Below, piece by piece: positions 35,824-45,126 of a stretch of DNA of 49,223 nt; the stretch's first letter is position 1; every line of letters begins with the position of its first letter. Position numbers and translations under genes: made by a program. A model generated the notes under the pieces. The model was not told the origin of the DNA and did no database searches. It was given only the letters and a program-made list of their open reading frames with translations. The stretch comes from a phage, in the sequence record NC_103567.1; one strand, written 5' to 3'.

Positions 35824-37797
35824 ATGATTCCTAACATTGAAAAGCAGATTGCAGATCTGGGAGAGGAAAGGATTAAGGCAATCCAGAAGCGTTTCACGGT
35901 TGGTGAGATTGTCCCGTATGAATACCAATGCGTTGCTTACGCTGAAATTGCAAAGCGCTTGAGTAAGTATGTTGATCCGTTTTTCGTTAAAGCGGCGGTG
36001 TCGGCAGGTAAAACAATCATCTTTGCTATGGTTGCGGCTCAGTGCAGGAAAATGGGATTGAAAGCGTTATTTCTGGCGCGTCAATCTGAAATTGTGGATC
36101 AGGATTCAAAAGAGATTAGCGCCTTTGGTGTTCCGAATTCCGTTTATTGCGCTGGCCTGAATACCAAAAGCGCTTATTTCCCGATTGTTGTAGGATCGGA
36201 AGGTACTGTAATTGGCGGATTGAATAAGGCGTTAGGTGATTACGTCCCACAGGTTTTAGGTATAGATGAATGTCATCAAGTCAACTGGAATGATATTGTT
36301 GAAGCCGAGGAAAACGGCGAAAGCATAGAGCAAATGATGACACCGAAAGGTGAACCAGTTGAAGGCAATCCGTTGCTGATTGGTTCAGGCCGCGCACAAT
36401 ACACCATTATCATTGCAGAAATGCGCCGCCGTTGTCTTGAGACTTACGGTCATCAGTTGCGTATATTTGGAATGACAGGATCGGAATATCGCGGAATTGA
36501 GCCGATACTTGTCGAAGATAAAAGAATTCCTGGGTTTTGGCGTGAGCAGATCACAAACATTGATACTGATTACCTGGTAAAATTTGGTTCAGTTGTTCCC
36601 ACTTATTTTGGCAATGTTGGTGATTTGGGTTACGACTTATCAGAATTTACGCCAGTGAATGAATTTGGCGTTGCTGATTATGACCAGAAGCAATTAAAGG
36701 CCATGAGTGACAAGATTCACCAATCAGGAACCATGACGCAGAAAATAATGCAGATGGTTCACGAGGTGATGAAAAACCGCTTGTGCGCTCTTGTTACTTG
36801 CGCTGACGAAAGGCACTGCAAAGAGGCAGCGGCGGCGCTTCCTCCTGGCACGAAATATCACATTATTACCGGAAAAACTGGAGAGAAACAGAGGCGCTTA
36901 TGGCTTGAGGATGCTTATGAAGGCAGGGTGAAATATATTTTTCAGGTTCAGGCGCTAACAACTGGCGTGAACGTGCCGCCGTGGGATACTTCTGTTATTT
37001 TGCGTAAGATCGGAAGTCTCACGCTATTAACTCAGCTTTTGGGGCGTGGTATGCGTCAATTAAAAACATACCATAAAGAAGTATTGGGGATGCACAAAAC
37101 GGATCACCTTGTTTTGGATTTTTCAGGCACGATGTTTGAAATGGGTAATTTGTATTTCGATCCGATGTTAGAGCAAGCGCAATTCCAGTTACGTAAATCA
37201 CAGGACAAAGATCCGAAATATTGCCCGATTTGCGGTACAGAAAATTCATTCTATGCTCGCCGTTGCATTAATGAGGATGAAAACGGAAATCGTTGTGAAC
37301 ATTTCTGGACGTTCCAGGAATGTGAGGATCAGATTGATGACCGCACAAAGAAAGTTATTGTAAAAGGTTGCGGCGCAAAAAATGACGTTGCGGCGCGTGT
37401 ATGCCGTTGCTGTAATGTTCAGTTACGCGATCCAAATGATAACTTATCCGGCAAGATGTACCGTAAAAACGATTGGTGCGACGTGTTAGATTTTAATGTG
37501 ACGCTGACAAAAAACCAGGCTGGCGTAATATTCTGCTACACGTTACGTGATAGTGGCGGCGTAGAATTCAGGGCATACGAAAAATATTTCCCTGAATCAG
37601 AACACAAGATATGTAAAACGCTTTGGACAAAGGCGGTTAGAACACATGTTATAGATCGCCAAGCCGCAAACTTTATGATCGCTTGCCGCAATGCAATTAA
37701 GATCATGAGTTATGCGGGGCAAATATTGCCGCCAAAACGTGTTACCCATCGCAAGAACACAAAGAAAGAAGATTTGATCGCACAGAAGGAGTTTTAA
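35824..37797 (+). CDS. superfamily-2 ATP-dependent helicase with C-terminal zinc-ribbon motifs
   Basis: 657 aa; Walker A VSAGKT, DExH-like LGIDECHQV; C-terminal CPICG...C..C and CGAKN...CRCC pairs. Confidence 0.8.
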   Translation: MIPNIEKQIADLGEERIKAIQKRFTVGEIVPYEYQCVAYAEIAKRLSKYVDPFFVKAAVSAGKTIIFAMVAAQCRKMGLKALFLARQSEIVDQDSKEISAFGVPNSVYCAGLNTKSAYFPIVVGSEGTVIGGLNKALGDYVPQVLGIDECHQVNWNDIVEAEENGESIEQMMTPKGEPVEGNPLLIGSGRAQYTIIIAEMRRRCLETYGHQLRIFGMTGSEYRGIEPILVEDKRIPGFWREQITNIDTDYLVKFGSVVPTYFGNVGDLGYDLSEFTPVNEFGVADYDQKQLKAMSDKIHQSGTMTQKIMQMVHEVMKNRLCALVTCADERHCKEAAAALPPGTKYHIITGKTGEKQRRLWLEDAYEGRVKYIFQVQALTTGVNVPPWDTSVILRKIGSLTLLTQLLGRGMRQLKTYHKEVLGMHKTDHLVLDFSGTMFEMGNLYFDPMLEQAQFQLRKSQDKDPKYCPICGTENSFYARRCINEDENGNRCEHFWTFQECEDQIDDRTKKVIVKGCGAKNDVAARVCRCCNVQLRDPNDNLSGKMYRKNDWCDVLDFNVTLTKNQAGVIFCYTLRDSGGVEFRAYEKYFPESEHKICKTLWTKAVRTHVIDRQAANFMIACRNAIKIMSYAGQILPPKRVTHRKNTKKEDLIAQKEF

Positions 37798-37799
37798 AA

Positions 37800-38207
37800 A
37801 TGGTTACTGATAAAGGCGATTATCTGGAGTATTACGACAAATCAGATCCAGATGACAGAAAAGAGGAAGCGCACCAGGTTGATTCTTATTCATGGTTAAC
37901 ATATGAGTTTCCAATGTGGCTTGTTTGGCACACTAAAAACGAAGGGAAGAAAACAATAGGCACAGCAGTAAAGGATCAGCAAGCAGGTGTAAAAAAAGGA
38001 GTAAGCGACATTCTAATCCTGACTGGTTTTATTGGCTGCAAATATGCATTCATTGCAATTGAGCTTAAACGAGCCAACAAGAAAGGAACTAAAGTAAGCC
38101 AGGAACAAAGGGAATTCTTGCGCCGCGTTAGGGAATGCGGAGGATTTGCCGCAGTATGCTATGGTGTAGATCAAGTAAAATTGGCTATCGCAGACGCTAC
38201 AAAATAG
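37800..38207 (+). CDS. VRR-NUC-like PD-(D/E)xK nuclease
   Basis: 135 aa; DILILTGF...IAIELKRAN fits a D...ExK core; immediately follows the helicase. Confidence 0.6.
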   Translation: MVTDKGDYLEYYDKSDPDDRKEEAHQVDSYSWLTYEFPMWLVWHTKNEGKKTIGTAVKDQQAGVKKGVSDILILTGFIGCKYAFIAIELKRANKKGTKVSQEQREFLRRVRECGGFAAVCYGVDQVKLAIADATK

Positions 38208-38223
38208 CACTTTTTGTTAAAAC
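38203..38223 (+). promoter_or_regulatory. 21-bp motif, class I
   Basis: AATAGCACTTTTTGTTAAAAC then GGCGC...GCGCC and CATAAT. Confidence 0.6.
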
Positions 38224-38278
38224 AGGCGCGACGGAATGCGCCATAATGCACACATCAGAACGAAACGGAGAATTAACC

Positions 38279-38557
38279 ATGAAAAAGATGTTATCAGTAG
38301 TTGCTTTATCACTTGCCATTGTTGGTTGCATGGATAAACCAAAAACATATATTTGCGGAAATGAAGCGTTTGAGGTTACAAGCGAATATATGAAAGTTGT
38401 GCAAGGTAAAAGCACAGGCGTTGTAATGGATAATATCAGCAAAAATCAATATAAGCTGTTTACGCCAATTGGAACGGCTTTTTACACTGTTAACGATAGC
38501 ACCATTGATATTAAAGTTGGCGTTTATCAGAACACTCTAACTTGCGAGGTAAAATAA
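38279..38557 (+). CDS. lipoprotein (possible superinfection-exclusion protein)
   Basis: ORF track 38135-38557; internal start gives MKKMLSVVALSLAIVGC with lipobox; GGAGAA RBS. Confidence 0.6.
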   Translation: MKKMLSVVALSLAIVGCMDKPKTYICGNEAFEVTSEYMKVVQGKSTGVVMDNISKNQYKLFTPIGTAFYTVNDSTIDIKVGVYQNTLTCEVK

Positions 38558-38558
38558 A

Positions 38559-39299
38559 ATGGCTAAGGATTTTCAGGACAAAGCAACCATTGATACTTTT
38601 GAGCCGGAAATGGATTTTCATGAACTGCAACACGGCAGATATTCAGATATTGCTTTACGTTCAGGCGGTCATTATCAGCCAGTTAGAGAAAACCCATTAT
38701 TTAAGGTTAGCGGCAACCGTTATGCAGGAAGTAAAACGCCGGACGTAGTGCGCGACTTGTGGGAAACTCCAGATGAAATTGTTGAATACCTTGCTGAACG
38801 TTACGGCAAATATGATCTTGACGCAGCAGCAACGGAAGATAATAAAAAATGCGATAAATTTTACAGCAAAGAAACAAACTGCTTAAAGCGTTGGTGGGGT
38901 AGCAATAAGCACGTTTGGTTAAATCCACCATACAGCAATCCAGATCCATTTATCAAAAAAGCAATTGAGCAGATGGAACACGGAAACCAGATTGATATTT
39001 TACTTCCGGCTGATAATTCAACTGCATGGTTTAGTGACGCACAAAAACATGCGGCAGAAATTATCTGGATTACTGGTGAAACCTGGAAGGATGAAGAAGG
39101 TCGCGAATATTCCAGAACTGGTCGAGTGGCGTTTATTTCTGGCATGACAGGTGAGCCAGTTAGCGGAAACAATAAAGGTAGTGTAATTTTTATCATGCGC
39201 CAATTGGAAGAAGGTGAGCAACAGCAAACGCACTATGTGAAGATTAGCGACATTTGCCCTTCCGTAAAAAATAAACGAGCCAAAGCGCGGAGTATTTAA
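38559..39299 (+). CDS. dam: DNA N6-adenine methyltransferase (phage Dam-like)
   Basis: 246 aa; VWLNPPYS carries the (D/N)PPY catalytic motif of N6-adenine methyltransferases. Confidence 0.8.
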   Translation: MAKDFQDKATIDTFEPEMDFHELQHGRYSDIALRSGGHYQPVRENPLFKVSGNRYAGSKTPDVVRDLWETPDEIVEYLAERYGKYDLDAAATEDNKKCDKFYSKETNCLKRWWGSNKHVWLNPPYSNPDPFIKKAIEQMEHGNQIDILLPADNSTAWFSDAQKHAAEIIWITGETWKDEEGREYSRTGRVAFISGMTGEPVSGNNKGSVIFIMRQLEEGEQQQTHYVKISDICPSVKNKRAKARSI

Positions 39300-39300
39300 A

Positions 39301-39531
39301 ATGAGCATTCGATTAGCCGATCACATGAAATGGGATTTATTTGTCGGTATGACAATTCGCTTACTTGATAAGCATGGTTATAACGATGATAAAATGGAGT
39401 TGATAAACTGCCTGGATATGACATTTGACGAAATCAAAGTTGCGCCTTTGTACATGTGGGAAAGAAAAATTGAGCACGACCTGATACAATACAAACGCAG
39501 AGAGGGCGCACGATTTTTCAATGTGAAATAG
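39301..39531 (+). CDS. hypothetical protein
   Basis: 76-aa ORF directly after dam. Confidence 0.55.
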   Translation: MSIRLADHMKWDLFVGMTIRLLDKHGYNDDKMELINCLDMTFDEIKVAPLYMWERKIEHDLIQYKRREGARFFNVK

Positions 39532-39547
39532 CACTTTTTGTTAAAAC
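39527..39547 (+). promoter_or_regulatory. 21-bp motif, class I
   Basis: AATAGCACTTTTTGTTAAAAC then CCCGC...GCGGG and TATTAT. Confidence 0.6.
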
Positions 39548-39602
39548 CCGCTACGGCGGGTTTTGTATTATGTGCTTAACGGAAAACAAGAGGATTTCAA
39601 AA

Positions 39603-39767
39603 ATGAAAATCGTAAACGTCGAATACTTCAAAGATGCGCAATGGCTGGCTAAAGAATCATTGTTTATGCTTGATCGCAAAAATCCAAAGGTTATTGCACA
39701 AATACTTTGGAATGACGCAATGGAGTTACTTAAAAAGGCTTACGGTTATGAAAGTGAAGAAAGGTAA
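39603..39767 (+). CDS. hypothetical small protein
   Basis: ORF track 39570-39767; internal ATG 39603 has AAGAGGA RBS. Confidence 0.5.
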   Translation: MKIVNVEYFKDAQWLAKESLFMLDRKNPKVIAQILWNDAMELLKKAYGYESEER

Positions 39768-39990
39768 AAAGGAAACTTGGGAGCTTGCTAAAAAAGGCGG
39801 TCTTGATGAAGGGATCGCCAAAATAGCAAAGTATTTCGATATTAAAGACGTGTGCGTTATTGTTGGTGACGAAATGGCGTATGTTGAAGAAAAGCCGCGA
39901 CGTGTTCACCGTGTTCCAGCAATACCAACAACAATCGACTATAAAGAAGTTATTAACAAAACCAAAGAGCAGAAGAAATATTACAAATGA
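39748..39990 (+). CDS. hypothetical protein
   Basis: ORF track 39634-39990; likely start at internal ATG 39748 (MKVKKGKK...). Confidence 0.4.
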   Translation: MKVKKGKKETWELAKKGGLDEGIAKIAKYFDIKDVCVIVGDEMAYVEEKPRRVHRVPAIPTTIDYKEVINKTKEQKKYYK

Positions 39991-40073
39991 GATACATTTC
40001 TGTTATTTTGTTGCCGCCTGTTATCGCTTGGGTTATTATGTACGCCGTTGTTATGAATTAAGAGGATGTTAAA

Positions 40074-41189
40074 ATGAGTTTAAAAAAGATTACCGACGAG
40101 CAATTGATCGCTGAACGTGAGGCGGGTTTAAAACTGCGTGAGATTGCGGAAAAATACGGAATGAGCTTGCGCCAGGTTGAGCACCGCCACAGCAAATTAG
40201 CAAAGCGTGGCGAGATCTCAACTATCGGATCACCTGGCTTTGCGGTAATTGGCGAGTCAAAGTTAGTTGATAAAAACGGCAATACTAAACTAACCTGGAT
40301 TAAGACGCACAAAGATAAAGACCAGTTAGAGGCAATAATGCAAGCGGCTATGGCTGCATTTTCTGACGAGTTGCCACGCCTGGAACCACAGCCGGAAAAG
40401 ATTACTGACTATTCGAAAACCCTTGCGCTATATCCGATCTTTGATATTCATATTGGTGCAATGGCTCATAAGCATGAAAGCGGAGAGAATTACGACACAG
40501 CAACGGCAGAAAAGATCATGAATGAATTCTTTGATTATGCCGTCGATAAAGCACCGAATAGCGAAAAGGCTGTATTGCTGATTGGTGGTGATATGATTCA
40601 CAGCGACGGCCTGGAGGCTGTAACACCTGCAAGCGGTCACGTTTTGGATCAGGATTCGCGATATGCGAAACTTGTTTATGTTGCCATTCGAGCCACGCGC
40701 AGAGCAGTAAGCAGAATGCTGGAAAAACATAAAGAGGTTGAATTGCAGATCATTGAAGGTAATCACGACCAATCAGGAATGATCTGGCTACGTGCTGCAA
40801 TGGCGGCGGCGTATGAGAATGAGCCACGCGTAAAGGTTGATGTTTCTCCGCGCGTCGTGCATCACACTCAATATGGTAAAACTTTCCTGGCTTATCATCA
40901 TGGTCACACTGTACGCAAGCCAGAAACGCTTTTAATGATGTGTGCAGCGGATTGGCGGGAAGATTTCGGAAACTCCAATTCAATGTATGCGCATGTAGGG
41001 CATTGGCATCACCAGACTGTTACAGAAACGAGCCTTGGCATTGTTGAGGTGCATAGCACTATGGCAGCAAAAGACGCTTACGCCGCGCGTGGTGGCTGGC
41101 GTTCACGTCGCAGGGCGGCGGTAATTATTTATGATAAGGAATATGGCGAAATAGGGCGGTTTATGTTTTACCCTGAAATGATTGCTTAA
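40074..41189 (+). CDS. HTH domain fused to a calcineurin-like metallophosphoesterase
   Basis: 371 aa; N-terminal LKLREIAEKYGMSLRQVEHRH; then DIH, GGDMIHSD, EGNHDQ, HHGH, GHWHH in the order of metallophosphoesterase motifs; AGAGGA RBS. Confidence 0.65.
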   Translation: MSLKKITDEQLIAEREAGLKLREIAEKYGMSLRQVEHRHSKLAKRGEISTIGSPGFAVIGESKLVDKNGNTKLTWIKTHKDKDQLEAIMQAAMAAFSDELPRLEPQPEKITDYSKTLALYPIFDIHIGAMAHKHESGENYDTATAEKIMNEFFDYAVDKAPNSEKAVLLIGGDMIHSDGLEAVTPASGHVLDQDSRYAKLVYVAIRATRRAVSRMLEKHKEVELQIIEGNHDQSGMIWLRAAMAAAYENEPRVKVDVSPRVVHHTQYGKTFLAYHHGHTVRKPETLLMMCAADWREDFGNSNSMYAHVGHWHHQTVTETSLGIVEVHSTMAAKDAYAARGGWRSRRRAAVIIYDKEYGEIGRFMFYPEMIA

Positions 41190-41207
41190 TTAAATTATCA
41201 AGAAAAA

Positions 41208-41237
41208 GGCTGGCTAAGTGCTGGCCTTTTTTTGTTT
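41208..41237 (+). terminator. terminator-like hairpin plus T-run before the lysis cassette
   Basis: AAGGC...GCCTT stem followed by T7. Confidence 0.45.
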
Positions 41238-41300
41238 TTGTGGTTAACATATTCACACTAATTTTGGCATTGACATTTTAATTTAATTGAGGATCAGATT

Positions 41301-41525
41301 ATGAGAGACTTTCTTTTAATGGCGCAAAACTCTTTCGGAGGTGCAACGGTAGTTGGATCTTTTACTGGTGAGTTTTTGCTTGCACTTGCTACGTTTATTT
41401 TGTTCGCTATTTTCGGCTGTTGGGGCGCATGGCTGAAATGGCGTGATAGTAAAGCGATCCGAGAGGCTTTAGATTCAGGGGATTTAAAAACGGCGCTTAA
41501 TCTACGGCAGAAAGAGAGGGTGTAA
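41301..41525 (+). CDS. holin (pinholin-like, two transmembrane helices)
   Basis: 74 aa with two hydrophobic helices and a charged C-terminus; immediately upstream of the endolysin. Confidence 0.7.
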   Translation: MRDFLLMAQNSFGGATVVGSFTGEFLLALATFILFAIFGCWGAWLKWRDSKAIREALDSGDLKTALNLRQKERV

Positions 41526-42016
41526 TGACAATCAAGAAAGGTATAGCCGCCACCGTCACAGGGGCGGCTTTAATGTTGGCATCGCCTTTGATTGAAGAAA
41601 TTGAGGGCGTAAAGTATAAGCCTTACAAGGATATTGCTGGAATCTGGACGGTATGCCACGGCATTACCGGAAAGGATGTGATTCTTGGAAAGGAATATAC
41701 CAGGCGAGAATGTGACGCGCTATTAGCAAAACACATGAAAGTAGCGGCTGACGCTGTTGATAAGGCGGTTAAGGTTGAAATTCCTTTATCAATGCGAGCG
41801 GCTCTATACTCATTCACTTTTAATGCTGGTACTGGCGCGTTTCGTAAGTCAACCATGCTGAAAAAGATCAACAATGGTGATCTATGGGGCGGTTGTGGTG
41901 AGCTATGGAACTGGACATATTACCGGAACCCTAAAACTGGTAAAAAGGAAAAATCAAGAGGATTGAAGAACCGCCGCGCCGTCGAATATAAATATTGCGT
42001 AAGGGATCTTAAATGA
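41525..42016 (+). CDS. SAR endolysin (lysozyme)
   Basis: 163 aa; N-terminal weakly hydrophobic [18 protein letters not shown] then [24 protein letters not shown], resembling phage P21-type SAR lysozymes. Confidence 0.8.
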   Translation: MTIKKGIAATVTGAALMLASPLIEEIEGVKYKPYKDIAGIWTVCHGITGKDVILGKEYTRRECDALLAKHMKVAADAVDKAVKVEIPLSMRAALYSFTFNAGTGAFRKSTMLKKINNGDLWGGCGELWNWTYYRNPKTGKKEKSRGLKNRRAVEYKYCVRDLK

Positions 42017-42402
42017 AAAAGAAATTAATGGCTGTTTTGATGTGCGTTATGCTTTCCGGTTGTTCTGCGTCGAGCTTGTTACCTGGCCTGATTGGTAGCA
42101 AGCCCGATATAACAGCACAGGCAGGATCTGAAAATGTGAAACAAACTGTTGGTGTAACTGCAAAGCATGATACATCAAGCAAGCAGGAAACCACATTTAA
42201 AGAATCGGCTGTTGGAAAGGTTGACACGTCGAATAAAAAACAGGTGAGCACTTCAAGCATTAAGGCAGATAACATCACAGCGGAAAGAATAGAGATCCGA
42301 AATAATGATGGTCTTAATGTTCCGGCAATCGCAATGGGTATATTGATGTTTATTGCGGGTATGCTGGCAGGGTGGGCACTTAAACGTAACAAGGCGGCAT
42401 AA
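42013..42402 (+). CDS. unimolecular spanin
   Basis: 129 aa; N-terminal lipoprotein signal [17 protein letters not shown] and C-terminal helix [18 protein letters not shown], the architecture described for the T1 unimolecular spanin. Confidence 0.7.
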   Translation: MKKKLMAVLMCVMLSGCSASSLLPGLIGSKPDITAQAGSENVKQTVGVTAKHDTSSKQETTFKESAVGKVDTSNKKQVSTSSIKADNITAERIEIRNNDGLNVPAIAMGILMFIAGMLAGWALKRNKAA

Positions 42403-42418
42403 GCCGCCTTTTCTTTTA
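42391..42418 (+). terminator. rho-independent terminator after the lysis cassette
   Basis: AAGGCGGCATAAGCCGCCTT followed by a T-rich run. Confidence 0.6.
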
Positions 42419-42637
42419 AAAAATATTGTTCATTAAGTCTTGGAAACTATTACCGCTATAATCCTTTTCCTCAATAATGTGAGCGCCTTTCTTTTTTATA
42501 TCCCACAGCATTTTTTCATATTCGCAGCGGTTAATGCCAAACGTACTACCATCATCAACATATGCGGTTCCTTTGTTGTTGAAAACGTCAAATGTAACAT
42601 TAACAACGCGAATTGTTTTGATAGTGCATTTTAACAT
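42416..42637 (-). CDS. hypothetical protein
   Basis: 73-aa ORF; AAAGGA RBS on the minus strand; motif copy at 42698 upstream. Confidence 0.55.
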   Translation of the reverse strand: MLKCTIKTIRVVNVTFDVFNNKGTAYVDDGSTFGINRCEYEKMLWDIKKKGAHIIEEKDYSGNSFQDLMNNIF

Positions 42638-42697
42638 TTTGTTTTCCTTTTGTTGCTACGTTTCGTTAAAACAAATATACCCGATACAAGATCGGGT

Positions 42698-42718
42698 GTT
42701 TTAACAAAAAGTGCTATT
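42698..42718 (-). promoter_or_regulatory. 21-bp motif, class I (reverse complement)
   Basis: GTTTTAACAAAAAGTGCTATT on the plus strand; an inverted repeat lies downstream in the direction of transcription. Confidence 0.6.
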
Positions 42719-42834
42719 CAAAGCGCCTGACGTGAATTAGTAGTTCACCGTCATCATTTGTTAACTGGTGCTCATTATCTTCAAACGCTCGCATATCACT
42801 GTAAAGCAACAACATTAGTGCATAGACAAAATCA

Positions 42835-43227
42835 TCATGCGAAATTTGCATTGCTGAACTTTCTTTCAAAATAAGATCTATCAAATGCTGGCTTGCTGAA
42901 TAATTCTTCATCGCTCATTTTCTCAATGTTCATCATCTCCCACACATAACGATTGGAATCACCTTCCAGGCTATGCAACTCAAAATTAAACGGCCTTTTC
43001 ATCTTGTTTTTGCACCAGTACACGCAATGAACGCCGTCAAGATATCCATAACCCATCATTCGCGCTATAAACTCTTTGCTTGAGCTTGAAGCGAAATAGC
43101 GGGGCGTTACCCCCGCATTTTTGGCGAGCCTTTCACATTCACGGTGACGGAATATAAATCTTGCTAACTCTTGGCGGTTGAATTTCTCGCGAGACTCGCA
43201 AAAGCGATACAGATCTAATAAGAACAT
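42835..43227 (-). CDS. hypothetical protein, translationally coupled to the upstream P-loop ATPase gene
   Basis: 130-aa ORF starting 2-3 nt after the stop of the 526-aa gene. Confidence 0.55.
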   Translation of the reverse strand: MFLLDLYRFCESREKFNRQELARFIFRHRECERLAKNAGVTPRYFASSSSKEFIARMMGYGYLDGVHCVYWCKNKMKRPFNFELHSLEGDSNRYVWEMMNIEKMSDEELFSKPAFDRSYFERKFSNANFA

Positions 43228-43229
43228 GA

Positions 43230-44810
43230 TTACCCCATTAACGCCGGATTTACATAAACAAATTTACCAACGCTGCAAACATAATTCTTTTCTTCAAGCA
43301 TTGGCAATAATTGTTCCTCAATTCGTTTCATCACTCCTGATTGACCTGTAAACGGCTTAACCTTACGCGCACTTTCATAGATAGCTCTTGCATTGGTAAC
43401 GCCTTTATTTTGACGTGAGATCTTAATGATTATTTCAATTAACTTGCTCATTTCTGCATCATCTCCAGCGTGACCGGAAGCATTCGCGGCGTTGATATAT
43501 GTTTTGCTTAATTCGCTGAACATCACCAAAGCCTCTTGCATTGTCTCAACTTCAATTTCTCGCGACTTTTGCGGCGTACCGTTTGGATTAAACCAATTGC
43601 GGATCGTGTGCAATACTGACGCAATGCGGATCACTTGCTTATCCATTTTACCCAAAGCACCACGCAACATTGTATGTGAATATTTCCCGCCGTCTGCTAA
43701 ATCTGGCTCTAATTGCTGGCGAGCAATATTAAGAACACGCATTGCAGAACGTGACGGCTTCAATACCACATTTTGTTCAGTCATGATGTTATGAATCAAC
43801 TGGAAATATTGCGCCTTTAATTCTTTATCAACTGGCGTGTAATCAAGATCACCATTTTCATCAATAAATACACGCTCGCCTAACATTGTTTTTTCACGTA
43901 CAAGCAAGAAACGTTCACTAACACCGATACCACGCGCCCCTGCATCCATGATCCCTTTTATCGTTTCATCCTGGGCAATTACGCTCATGCAGCCCAACGC
44001 AACAAAACTCATATTGTTTTCAGAGTTGGCGCGAGCTATTGAAACGTGTCCGGCGTCCCATGCTTTTAGAACCAATTCGCTGTTAGTCTTGCGATCACTA
44101 TTAGCGTAAGTCAATCCGAGTAAGCTGTTGATGCTTGTTGCTTCATCGGAAATGACAGCAAAGTTACCCTGGCGATTGTTGATCTTTGCTAACCCTTCCG
44201 GCGTGGTGTCTGATACCGGAAAAACGATATCGCACATTTTTTCTAACTTTTCCTCTAATTCCTCCTTTTCCTCAAACAGCGCCGCTAACTCAGTGCCGGA
44301 ACGTTCAGCTTTCAATTCCTTTTCAACGCCTTTTAATTTCGCTGCGATCTTCTTTCGCTCTTTCTTGCGTTGTTCGTTGATGCGCTCAACTTCACAGACC
44401 ATTGGCGCAATAGCCAGGCTGTTGATTGCTGATTTACCAGTTGATGGCGGCTGACTGGTTACAACATAAAGCGCCGTTGGTTGTTCAGTGCCGTGGTACT
44501 CAACTTGGAAGCGTCCAACCATAGCGGCGGAAACGCAACCAATGAAATGCATATAGGCCGATGATTCAGGAAATTGAACAGATTGCGCAATGCTACGTGA
44601 CAGTTTACCCACAACATCAACATCATTACCCAAAGAGATCACAGGATAGCGGTCATTAGCGCCGTTGATATCCTTTACAGGTTCCCAAAAGCTGGACGAT
44701 TGGCGGTAGCCGTTAGACTGAATAGCAACGCGAAGCGGCGATGTTCCCTGCGATTCTGCAATGGCTATAACTTGTTGAGGTGTCAATTTGTTGGTGTCAA
44801 AGTCAAACAT
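43230..44810 (-). CDS. P-loop NTPase, possibly a replicative-helicase or primase-associated ATPase
   Basis: 526 aa; Walker A-like SQPPSTGKSA, charged coiled-coil stretch, Walker B-like FAVISDE; own motif-type promoter. Confidence 0.55.
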   Translation of the reverse strand: MFDFDTNKLTPQQVIAIAESQGTSPLRVAIQSNGYRQSSSFWEPVKDINGANDRYPVISLGNDVDVVGKLSRSIAQSVQFPESSAYMHFIGCVSAAMVGRFQVEYHGTEQPTALYVVTSQPPSTGKSAINSLAIAPMVCEVERINEQRKKERKKIAAKLKGVEKELKAERSGTELAALFEEKEELEEKLEKMCDIVFPVSDTTPEGLAKINNRQGNFAVISDEATSINSLLGLTYANSDRKTNSELVLKAWDAGHVSIARANSENNMSFVALGCMSVIAQDETIKGIMDAGARGIGVSERFLLVREKTMLGERVFIDENGDLDYTPVDKELKAQYFQLIHNIMTEQNVVLKPSRSAMRVLNIARQQLEPDLADGGKYSHTMLRGALGKMDKQVIRIASVLHTIRNWFNPNGTPQKSREIEVETMQEALVMFSELSKTYINAANASGHAGDDAEMSKLIEIIIKISRQNKGVTNARAIYESARKVKPFTGQSGVMKRIEEQLLPMLEEKNYVCSVGKFVYVNPALMG

Positions 44811-44861
44811 CTAAAAATCTCCTTCTTGTTGCCGCTAATTATAACGGCAACATTCTACAGC

Positions 44862-44882
44862 CTTTTAGCAATTCGTGCTATT
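44862..44882 (-). promoter_or_regulatory. 21-bp motif, class II (reverse complement)
   Basis: CTTTTAGCAATTCGTGCTATT on the plus strand upstream of the 526-aa gene. Confidence 0.6.
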
Positions 44883-45126
44883 TGATCGGCTCAACCCTGG
44901 CTAATAACCTTCCATCTATAATGCTATGACATTCAAGAGTTTTAGGATCGAATGCAAGCGAACGATGGAACGTATGACCAATCAGCAAATATGAATGCTT
45001 ATCCCTGATGCGATAGACCGTTTCACCTTCCTTTAATGACGATATCGCACTAAAAACAACCTTGTAACGATATTTTTGCATAGCCTCAGAACGGTGAGGC
45101 GTATAGTCTTTTTCTGGTAAACTCAT
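44878..45126 (-). CDS. hypothetical protein
   Basis: 82-aa ORF overlapping the upstream gene stop. Confidence 0.5.
   Translation of the reverse strand: MSLPEKDYTPHRSEAMQKYRYKVVFSAISSLKEGETVYRIRDKHSYLLIGHTFHRSLAFDPKTLECHSIIDGRLLARVEPIK

Noticed and set aside
42714-42911. 65-aa minus-strand ORF overlapping the end of the 130-aa gene
   Set aside because: Overlaps 42835-43227 in another frame; only the distal ~44 codons could be an independent gene and there is no clear RBS, so it is left uncalled
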